Part shown: one piece after another, positions 57,264 to 64,000 of the stretch | How positions within the stretch are numbered: the stretch's first letter is position 1 | How the letters are laid out: the number at the start of each line of letters is the position of its first letter | From: a virus | Lineage: Duplodnaviria; Caudoviricetes | DNA length: 64,000 bases | Strand: one strand, 5' to 3' | IMG/VR virus record: IMGVR_UViG_3300027740_000003 | Coordinates: 320,001-384,000 of that record | The notes under the pieces: model-generated | Database searches by the model: none | The model's input: the letters and a program-made list of their open reading frames with translations, nothing else | What the model was told of the DNA's origin: nothing | Made by a program: the position numbers and the translations under genes

Positions 57264-57589
57264 TTTTCTTTGCTTTCTTCTAACTGTTTTTCTGCAATTT
57301 TGCGCAGAGTTTTATATATTTCTTCGTATTGCTTAAATTGACCCTCTGTATTATTGCCTTTTCCCCAGATATTATGAAACTGATCATGACATATTTTACA
57401 AAGAGACACGCCATTTACTAGTAAATATCGTTTTTCAGGATAAGCATTCCAGGCCCAAACATGATGACTTTCTAAATAAACATCCTTTGCCAAACAAATT
57501 GCACATTGGAAATTACCGGCAGTTTTTACTGCTCTTGACCATTGTTTATACTTTTCATCATTATCTCTGTCATCTGACATACATTTCAC
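57260..57589 (-). CDS. HNH endonuclease family protein
   Basis: CAIC...LESHH...NGVSLCKICHDQFH. Confidence 0.8.
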   Translation of the reverse strand: MKCMSDDRDNDEKYKQWSRAVKTAGNFQCAICLAKDVYLESHHVWAWNAYPEKRYLLVNGVSLCKICHDQFHNIWGKGNNTEGQFKQYEEIYKTLRKIAEKQLEESKEK

Positions 57590-57819
57590 TTCACATTTTT
57601 GCTTATCTTAGCGCCTCGGAAGATAATCACCGGATCCCTTCCTTGTGCAGCCCTAACTTTAATTTCTGTATTATATTTGTCATCTAGATATACTAGTCTG
57701 CTCCAATCATCATGGCCCAAATCAGTAAAATCATTGATTATTACAATTACTCCGTTGCTTTCATCATATTCAGCAACAGCAATTACTCCACCAACACTAG
57801 CAAAAATATCTTCTATCAT
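57586..57819 (-). CDS. Hypothetical protein
   Basis: 77 aa, ATGA overlaps. Confidence 0.5.
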   Translation of the reverse strand: MIEDIFASVGGVIAVAEYDESNGVIVIINDFTDLGHDDWSRLVYLDDKYNTEIKVRAAQGRDPVIIFRGAKISKNVK

Positions 57820-58271
57820 TTCAACAAATCCTGTAATCTTCCTTTATTTTGTTCAATCCATTGAGAAACTTTTTGTTCCTCAGATTCGGCCGGACTTTCT
57901 CCTCCAACAAATCCTTGATCCTGATTATAAGATTTCGTGTGCGCAGCTTCATGAGCCACTGTTAATGCTGCCTGAATAATTGCCTCTGGCCCTTGTCCTA
58001 ATCCTTTTATTTTACCAATATTTATATTTAGAATAGCAGGATCTTTGTTTGGACCTGATTGCACAAATCCATAATACATAGATGCCGGAGAAACTTGAAT
58101 CTGCCTTATTCCTTTGAAATAAGTCGGGTCCATTCTCTTAAGAAGTTCTACCGCTTTATTTATTGTTGGTTCCATTGGTTGAACAACAACATTGGGAGAT
58201 TCTAACGCTTGGTCTATAATTTGACCATATTTTGCTAAAAAATACTTGGCCAATATATTAATTTTGCTCAT
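57816..58271 (-). CDS. HExxH metallopeptidase-like protein
   Basis: VAHEAAH with downstream E (PAESEE). Confidence 0.6.
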   Translation of the reverse strand: MSKINILAKYFLAKYGQIIDQALESPNVVVQPMEPTINKAVELLKRMDPTYFKGIRQIQVSPASMYYGFVQSGPNKDPAILNINIGKIKGLGQGPEAIIQAALTVAHEAAHTKSYNQDQGFVGGESPAESEEQKVSQWIEQNKGRLQDLLK

Positions 58272-58285
58272 GTATATATGTTATT

Positions 58286-58570
58286 TTATTCTATTATATC
58301 TTTAATCATCATTTCTACACAAAGCAAAACGTCATTATTCCCATAATATGAACCCTTGTAAATATAATAAAAAGGATATTTTGTTGACATTGGCCTTAAC
58401 TGAGATATAATCTGAAAAAATTCTATATCAGTATCAGTATCAGAATGATTAATACAACGCATACCACATTTTTTACAATTATAAACTCTCGATTCGTTAG
58501 AATTATCTAAAGGTTTATAATTGTCGTCTATGATAAATTCATGATCCTTCTTTGCTTCTTCCGGCAGCAT
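58286..58570 (-). CDS. Small H/CxxC/C zinc-binding protein with IKDIIE tail
   Basis: DHEF...CKKC...LCVEMMIKDIIE. Confidence 0.7.
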   Translation of the reverse strand: MLPEEAKKDHEFIIDDNYKPLDNSNESRVYNCKKCGMRCINHSDTDTDIEFFQIISQLRPMSTKYPFYYIYKGSYYGNNDVLLCVEMMIKDIIE

Positions 58571-58794
58571 TATTCTATTATATCCTTGATAATATATTCG
58601 TCATATCTAAGACACGGATAATAATCATCTAACAAAAGCCAGTCAGCAATCTTTAATCTTCTCAATACATCTCCTTGATTTTGATCTAAAGAATTTAATA
58701 AAAGAGCATAAAATTTTCCACAATGTATACATTTCCCATCAATAAAACGATGTCTTATTCTGTCTCCCGTTATTTCTATTCTGTTATTTTTCAT
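58570..58794 (-). CDS. Small H/CxxC/C zinc-binding protein with IKDIIE tail
   Basis: RHRF..CIHC...YYPCLRYDEYIIKDIIE. Confidence 0.7.
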   Translation of the reverse strand: MKNNRIEITGDRIRHRFIDGKCIHCGKFYALLLNSLDQNQGDVLRRLKIADWLLLDDYYPCLRYDEYIIKDIIE

Positions 58795-58803
58795 CTAAAT
58801 TCA

Positions 58804-59097
58804 TTATTCTATTATATTTTTTATAATTATCTCATCACAAGAAAGCTCCTGTAATTCATAAGACGTTTCCCATAAAATTGGTTTTCCATATCCAACATAA
58901 AACCCTTGATCTAAAGCTTTCATGTTGTATATGTTTTCTTGCCAATCGTTTTCATTTTTATAAAGACGTAAAACTAAACCACATTTTTTACATTTATAAT
59001 TGATAAAATCAAAATCATAAGCTCTATTACCTAGGGAAAAACCTTGATCATAAAAAATTACAAATTCGTGATCCTTCTTTCCTTCTTCCAGCAACAT
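58804..59097 (-). CDS. Small H/CxxC/C zinc-binding protein with IKNIIE tail
   Basis: DHEF...CKKC...LSCDEIIIKNIIE. Confidence 0.7.
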   Translation of the reverse strand: MLLEEGKKDHEFVIFYDQGFSLGNRAYDFDFINYKCKKCGLVLRLYKNENDWQENIYNMKALDQGFYVGYGKPILWETSYELQELSCDEIIIKNIIE

Positions 59098-59384
59098 TAT
59101 TCTATTATGTCCTTTATAACCATATCAATACACGACATTTGTTGAGCTTCATATGAAAGTTTATATGTTCTAAAATCATAATACCAGCCCTGTTCATATG
59201 CCAAACTGTTATATACATTTTTAATACACAATTCCGGATTTTCAATTACACATAATGTAATTTTACATTTGCTGCATCTATAATAATGCATGTCAGAATT
59301 TTTACATTCGGGAAGATCATATCTTTCAGTTGAAATGAAAACAAAATTATGATCAGCAATGGCACTTTCAGGAATTGGTCTCAT
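59097..59384 (-). CDS. Small H/CxxC/C zinc-binding protein with IKDIIE tail
   Basis: DHNF...CSKC...MSCIDMVIKDIIE. Confidence 0.7.
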   Translation of the reverse strand: MRPIPESAIADHNFVFISTERYDLPECKNSDMHYYRCSKCKITLCVIENPELCIKNVYNSLAYEQGWYYDFRTYKLSYEAQQMSCIDMVIKDIIE

Positions 59385-59614
59385 TCAATAATGTCCTTTA
59401 TCATTGCTTCACTCTCTGTTAAACATGGATAATATTTGTCTAAAACGGAATCTATAATATCAAATGTTTGTCCGAAAGAACGACTATATTCTTTTTCATG
59501 TTCTTTTTTTAATTTGTTCAATAACAAAAAATAACTTTTCCCGCAAATTCTGCACCCATATCCATTTTGGTTTTGAAAATGAACAAACCTATGATTCATT
59601 CTCTTTTCTGGCAT
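59381..59614 (-). CDS. Small H/CxxC/C zinc-binding protein with IKDIIE tail
   Basis: NHRF...CRIC...YYPCLTESEAMIKDIIE. Confidence 0.7.
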   Translation of the reverse strand: MPEKRMNHRFVHFQNQNGYGCRICGKSYFLLLNKLKKEHEKEYSRSFGQTFDIIDSVLDKYYPCLTESEAMIKDIIE

Positions 59615-59867
59615 TTAAATCTCTTTTTAATTCTTCTTTAAATTCCTCTGTAAAATATCTACAATATCCCATTATTAGTCCAAAACACCTCTTGCAAACA
59701 TAATTCGTGGCCGGATGTCTTGCATATTTTACCCATTCGTCAGAATACATCTCCGGAGAAGGATATGGCCAAACAATCTCTTCAGAAATCTTCACCTCAG
59801 CAGAAGTTGTTTTTCCAAATAAATTCCTGCATAATGAACAAGTTTCTCCAGTACATTCATCTGTCAT
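59589..59867 (-). CDS. Small zinc-finger protein
   Basis: CSLC...CKRC; GAGG SD. Confidence 0.55.
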   Translation of the reverse strand: MTDECTGETCSLCRNLFGKTTSAEVKISEEIVWPYPSPEMYSDEWVKYARHPATNYVCKRCFGLIMGYCRYFTEEFKEELKRDLNARKENES

Positions 59868-60030
59868 TCTCTACCTCGTTTAATCTTTTAATACATTCAT
59901 CCGCAATCTGTTGGTGCCTGGCATCATCAAGCTTTGCCTGCATATATGCATCCATCCAAAATAAAGCCTTATATGATGTAAACATCAAACATAATAGAAT
60001 AAATACCAAAAATATATAATATTGTTTCAC
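59857..60030 (-). CDS. Small membrane protein (57 aa), not in ORF track
   Basis: GTG start overlapping upstream TGA; [29 protein letters not shown]... Confidence 0.55.
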   Translation of the reverse strand: MKQYYIFLVFILLCLMFTSYKALFWMDAYMQAKLDDARHQQIADECIKRLNEVENDR

Positions 60031-60356
60031 TTGTCTTCTCCAAAATATTCATCAACTATTTTTAAAGCATCAACCTCTTGCTGCTTCGTCATTCCGTTGC
60101 TTCTTTGATCATAAATTAAATTACAATGAATGTTTTTCAAAGTTTCCCGATCAACATAAAAATATAACAAATGAATCCATCCAAAAAACACCAGGGCCAA
60201 TATAGACAATATTGTGTCTTTAATAGACAGTTTTTCATAATTGCCAGTTGTACTAATTGTTTTCTGAATATCAAAACTCAGCTTGGCAGAATTCCAAACC
60301 GATGTAATTGTAAACATTATATATATTAAAACAAACAAACAAATATAAAATATCAA
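60027..60356 (-). CDS. Membrane protein
   Basis: Two hydrophobic segments; ATGA overlap. Confidence 0.55.
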   Translation of the reverse strand: MIFYICLFVLIYIMFTITSVWNSAKLSFDIQKTISTTGNYEKLSIKDTILSILALVFFGWIHLLYFYVDRETLKNIHCNLIYDQRSNGMTKQQEVDALKIVDEYFGEDK

Positions 60357-60805
60357 GGTATTTTTCCTCCGTTGCTATCAATTATATTTTCAAGCCCTAA
60401 AAACCATGGTTTAGGAATTTCGTCTCTTTTTACCCATCTCCACTCTTCACATTTATTAGGCTCCATAATTTTAGCAAAAACCCTATTAACAAGAATACAC
60501 TTCATAAACAAATTAATATATCTTTTATCATCTGAAAATTCGTCTACAGTAAACCCTACTTCTTTACAACTACTACTATCTATAGCAATTCCTGTCTCTT
60601 CAGCAAGTTCCCTAACAGCCGCAACATTAGGCAATTCTCCAGGCTCCATATGCCCTCCTGGAAATGCCCAGGTTCCTGCTCCATGAGATCCTTTCCTTAA
60701 ACCAACAAGAACATGTCCATCATGCTCTAAAATTAAAGAAACCCCAAGTTTAAATGGGGATGCCGCTTTAGGAAAATTACTACCTCTAGTCGTCATCATA
60801 TACAA
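60353..60805 (-). CDS. Nudix hydrolase
   Basis: Nudix box [24 protein letters not shown]. Confidence 0.92.
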   Translation of the reverse strand: MYMMTTRGSNFPKAASPFKLGVSLILEHDGHVLVGLRKGSHGAGTWAFPGGHMEPGELPNVAAVRELAEETGIAIDSSSCKEVGFTVDEFSDDKRYINLFMKCILVNRVFAKIMEPNKCEEWRWVKRDEIPKPWFLGLENIIDSNGGKIP

Positions 60806-60811
60806 ACTCCT

Positions 60812-61186
60812 TTAAAACCATTTGTCCCACTTTTCATCGCATCCACCATCATAATCTTCCCAATCATCAACATTTGTACCATATTTTTTCAGAGCTTCTA
60901 AAACTCTTTTTCCTTTTTGTGTCAGCCAATAATAGCTAATTGCCCCGCCATGATCAATTAATCTAATGTGGTCTAAATAATAAGCGAACGCCCACCAATA
61001 TGACATATGCTCATCTGGAAGATCTTTAGGAAAACTCTTTGTTTCTCCACCCTCTAACCAAATTAGTAATAATTTCGAAACAGAATCCGGATCCCCACAT
61101 CCACAAAAATGTTGGGAAAACCACTCAGACAAATATCCGCTAGGTGGAATTTCTTCTTCATTCATCATTGTATTCTCCTTCGTCAT
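60812..61186 (-). CDS. Hypothetical protein
   Basis: 124 aa, FCGCGDP. Confidence 0.55.
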   Translation of the reverse strand: MTKENTMMNEEEIPPSGYLSEWFSQHFCGCGDPDSVSKLLLIWLEGGETKSFPKDLPDEHMSYWWAFAYYLDHIRLIDHGGAISYYWLTQKGKRVLEALKKYGTNVDDWEDYDGGCDEKWDKWF

Positions 61187-61373
61187 TGGTAAACATTGAT
61201 ATTATAATCTCTGGTTTAATACCTTTTAGAGAATTATCATCTGAAAATTTTTCCACGAGAGGCCCTAAAACTTTTGCTAATATAGATCCTGTTGGAAAGA
61301 TAACCTTCTCAATTTCCTTCTTATCTTCCTCAGAAGCCGTTTTCAGCCACTCTAATACATCATACAACTCCAT
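61158..61373 (-). CDS. Hypothetical protein
   Basis: 71 aa co-oriented. Confidence 0.5.
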   Translation of the reverse strand: MELYDVLEWLKTASEEDKKEIEKVIFPTGSILAKVLGPLVEKFSDDNSLKGIKPEIIISMFTNDEGEYNDE

Positions 61374-61407
61374 AGCTGTACCAATCTAATCATCTACACG
61401 GCCTCTG

Positions 61408-61914
61408 TCAAGCCTGGCCCAAATAGACCTGCCACTCGGGATGAATATCATTAATCAAATATAACTCGCCTGCCAAATCAGAATTTGGCACCGTAGGCTG
61501 TTTTAATATTTTCATTCCTGCTTGCTCTGGAGTTCTATCTCCTTTTTTGCTATTACATGAATAACAAGAACAAACACAGTTCTGCCAACTTAAATGTCCT
61601 CCCTGGCTTTTTGGGAGAATATGATCTATTGTTAACTCACTTGTTTTAAACTGCCCCCCGCAATACATACATATAAATCTATCTCTTTTAAATAGACCAA
61701 TTCTGTTAAATCTGCTCTTTTTTGGGATCCACTTAACATAATATAACAAACGAACTATTGCTGGGAAATTAATTTCTCCACTTCCCCAGCGTAGTATTTC
61801 GTTGTCCCAACTTGATACTATCTCTACTTTTTTCTTAAAAAATAGCCTTATTGCTCTTCTTTCATTAAGAAAAGCAATTGGTTGATATGTTGAATTTAAT
61901 AGAAGGACTTTCAC
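61408..61914 (-). CDS. HNH endonuclease
   Basis: RD.F.CMYCG, LTIDHILPKSQGG..SWQNCV.SC..CN..KG. Confidence 0.9.
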   Translation of the reverse strand: MKVLLLNSTYQPIAFLNERRAIRLFFKKKVEIVSSWDNEILRWGSGEINFPAIVRLLYYVKWIPKKSRFNRIGLFKRDRFICMYCGGQFKTSELTIDHILPKSQGGHLSWQNCVCSCYSCNSKKGDRTPEQAGMKILKQPTVPNSDLAGELYLINDIHPEWQVYLGQA

Positions 61915-61929
61915 TGAACTAGGTTCTTT

Positions 61930-62721
61930 CTATGCTTTTCCGTCAATTTTATTTTTAAGAGCTGACCATTGTTCCATACTTAAAAGAGTAATGTCTGCTT
62001 CTGGATACTTACTAAATACCTCAAGATATTTTGTTGGAGACTTTGTATATTCTATAGGAAGCTTTCCTGTATCAATATGACCAATAATTTTTTGAATTGT
62101 ATTTAGTGTATTTGCAACTGATTGTCTCATTGCAACTTCTTCTTGAGGATTACGTGGATTCCTCTTGAATAGAGAAATTAATTCTTTTCTCTGTGAATAA
62201 GCAAATAATCTACGATAAAGCTGTGTAAAATAATTCTGTAATCCGGTTTTTAATTCAATTGTCAAAGTAATTGCATTTGATGCATTTTGTGTAGCAGTAG
62301 GTTGTGCAAACGTTGAAGCTGGCTTTGGAGCCTCTTCAGGTTCCGGAGTAGTTTTCGGCTTCGCAGCGGGTTTGTCAAGATACTGAACCATAGCTTGTGC
62401 AGAAGGGCCCTCTGTATCTGCTGAGTTTATATTTTTAGTCAATTCTTTCCATGATTTATATGATTCTACATAATCAAGAGTATCTGTTCTTGCCGCAGCA
62501 ATTCCTCTTTTATACGCTTCTTGATTAAATCCTTCCGGCAAAATATTTTTTAGTGGTGGAACTCCAACTGTTGCCGCATGATATCCTAAATAAAACGAAT
62601 TCCATGGTTCTCTAGTAAGTTCTGCTGATTTTGCGGCCTTTGCCTCTTCTTCGGCCGAAAGCTGAGCTTGTTTTATCATCCCACGATAAATTGTCTTGAA
62701 AATATAATCTAGTTTGTCCAT
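61930..62721 (-). CDS. Hypothetical protein with KQAQ motif
   Basis: 263 aa; MIKQAQL near N-end; Pro/Ala-rich linker. Confidence 0.55.
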   Translation of the reverse strand: MDKLDYIFKTIYRGMIKQAQLSAEEEAKAAKSAELTREPWNSFYLGYHAATVGVPPLKNILPEGFNQEAYKRGIAAARTDTLDYVESYKSWKELTKNINSADTEGPSAQAMVQYLDKPAAKPKTTPEPEEAPKPASTFAQPTATQNASNAITLTIELKTGLQNYFTQLYRRLFAYSQRKELISLFKRNPRNPQEEVAMRQSVANTLNTIQKIIGHIDTGKLPIEYTKSPTKYLEVFSKYPEADITLLSMEQWSALKNKIDGKA

Positions 62722-62742
62722 AACCGAATGTCCAAAAAGTAG

Positions 62743-63438
62743 TTATTGATTTTTAAATTTTTCTAAAGCTTCCCTTATATCTAGCCCATCAATATCATTT
62801 CCTAAAACTTCCCATCCTTTTCTAGGTCTTCTACCAAATAATTCAAGCTTTACTATACTTTCGCCCGGAAACATAATATCTAACCTGTCTTGCAACTCCT
62901 CCGGCTTTTGTGAGTGTTTTGATAAAGCGGGTCCAATATATACAGATCTTTGAGAACGATTCTTTAATAATTTCGTATACTTACCTTTGGTTGCAACCAA
63001 AGCAATCTCATGAGTTTGTCGGAAACAATGTCCCATAAAGAAATTTAAAACATCGCTAATATCAAATTCCTCTATTTTTTCTGAAATAAGTTTTTTAAAA
63101 TCGTTCTTATCTTCTTTTTTTAGAATTTTATATATGTCTTTTCCTAGGTTAACCAATGGATTTTGTTTAGTTTTTACCCAAATAAAAGTTTGAGAAACAG
63201 TAAATCCCCATTTATTACAGCATTCTATACCAACTTCAATTTTAGAAGAAGGAACCCATAATACAAGTACACACTCAGACGCACACACGCCTGGAACATC
63301 TAGATTTATAATATCTTTATCCGTCATTACGGAATAATTACTTTCAGCTCCCCTTTTTGTTGCGGACATAAGGAGACGGTCCGAAAAACTCCACGCAGGA
63401 TCACAAGCAATTACGTTAGCTTTCACCAAAATCTCCAC
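62743..63438 (-). CDS. MT-A70-family N6-adenine methyltransferase
   Basis: IACDPAWSF, LVLWV, FIWVK, RQTHE, HSQKPEE, LELFGR..R.GW...GN. Confidence 0.88.
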   Translation of the reverse strand: MEILVKANVIACDPAWSFSDRLLMSATKRGAESNYSVMTDKDIINLDVPGVCASECVLVLWVPSSKIEVGIECCNKWGFTVSQTFIWVKTKQNPLVNLGKDIYKILKKEDKNDFKKLISEKIEEFDISDVLNFFMGHCFRQTHEIALVATKGKYTKLLKNRSQRSVYIGPALSKHSQKPEELQDRLDIMFPGESIVKLELFGRRPRKGWEVLGNDIDGLDIREALEKFKNQ

Positions 63439-63725
63439 CAGGGCTTTTTAAACTCTACCCCTGTATTTCCCTCAATTGGTCTAAGATCAATTAATCTTCT
63501 TGATAACCTGCCTAATAAATTATTTAAAACAAACATGTGATATTTTTCCGGCAAAGAATCAAATTGATCGGCATTTAATAGAATATCACATTTCCATTCT
63601 GAACCATCTTCCAAAATAACAGTTAACACATCAGTTATTTTAAAACAGTCAGTTTTAATAGTCATCCCCCCGTTTGTAGTAAAACTTATACCGCTACTCA
63701 TCTTCTTTCTCTCCAAGAATATCAA
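63423..63725 (-). CDS. Hypothetical protein
   Basis: 100 aa ending KKPWWRFW. Confidence 0.5.
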   Translation of the reverse strand: MIFLERKKMSSGISFTTNGGMTIKTDCFKITDVLTVILEDGSEWKCDILLNADQFDSLPEKYHMFVLNNLLGRLSRRLIDLRPIEGNTGVEFKKPWWRFW

Positions 63726-63984
63726 TCAAGGCCTCTATTTTTGTTTGCAATAAATCAATATAAACAACTTTTGATTTTGCCACCAATTCCTCTTTGCTCT
63801 CAATTGCTTCCAGGGCCTTTTTTCTCAACTCTCCTGCTTGCAACACATCTCTAAACTGGGTTTTCTTCACTCGACCGAATTTTTCTACATCAATCAAATC
63901 CCTTATCGACTCAATTGATAAATCTTGAATCGTTCCCTCATTCATCTTTATGTTCTTTGCAGCTGTTAAATAATTATTCGACAA
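63694..63984 (-). CDS. Hypothetical protein
   Basis: 96 aa co-oriented. Confidence 0.5.
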   Translation of the reverse strand: MSNNYLTAAKNIKMNEGTIQDLSIESIRDLIDVEKFGRVKKTQFRDVLQAGELRKKALEAIESKEELVAKSKVVYIDLLQTKIEALIDILGEKEDE

Positions 63985-64000
63985 CCTACTAACTTCATCA

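Noticed and set aside
91-61389. Plus-strand ORFs in the track (for example 336-662, 14059-14502, 16022-16519, 56199-56627)
   Set aside because: All lie antisense to longer minus-strand genes with recognisable motifs; they have no SD or homology signals and are treated as shadow ORFs
1-64000. Stop-codon reassignment, suggested by the phage release factor
   Set aside because: Long genes are intact in code 11, and TAA, TGA (terminase, tnpB, ATGA overlaps) and TAG (61930) all terminate genes; only the RF gene has an internal TGA
1-64000. tRNA or rRNA genes
   Set aside because: Intergenic gaps are mostly under 110 bp and none showed a cloverleaf or T-loop GTTCRA context by eye; a tRNAscan/ARAGORN run would be needed to exclude them fully

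Overview
AT-rich segment of a large (jumbo-type) tailed dsDNA phage genome. Essentially all real genes are on the minus strand, tightly packed, with AGGAG/GAGG-type Shine-Dalgarno sites and ATGA/TAATG overlaps. Coordinates 1-18.8 kb hold a head-morphogenesis module: portal, a TnpB insertion, large terminase, several acidic Pro/Gly-rich virion-like proteins, and two tandem CCA-type nucleotidyltransferases. Coordinates 19-43 kb hold replication/recombination genes (primase core, RuvC-like resolvase, SSB, RecA, DnaE, PD-(D/E)XK nuclease, dNMP kinase, SbcCD-like pair, stand-alone primase zinc finger) mixed with DnaJ, trigger factor and a class I release factor. Coordinates 43-64 kb hold accessory genes (thioredoxin, peptide deformylase, L7/L12-like domain, IF3, UDG, dUTPase, two methyltransferases, two HNH proteins, Nudix, many small ORFs). 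Four observations stand out. (1) The release factor gene is split by an exact prfB-type +1 frameshift cassette (GGGAG-CGT-CTT-TGA-C) at a non-prfB position and carries a hybrid SPT specificity loop. (2) Eleven small proteins from three unrelated-looking families all end in the same tag, IK[D/N]IIE-stop. (3) The TnpB cassette is bounded by an 8-bp ATGATCAA repeat and sits exactly on the portal start codon. (4) A recurring K-x-A-(Q) motif in the virion-module proteins looks like a maturation-protease site. All functional calls come from motif recognition by eye; no database searches were run.
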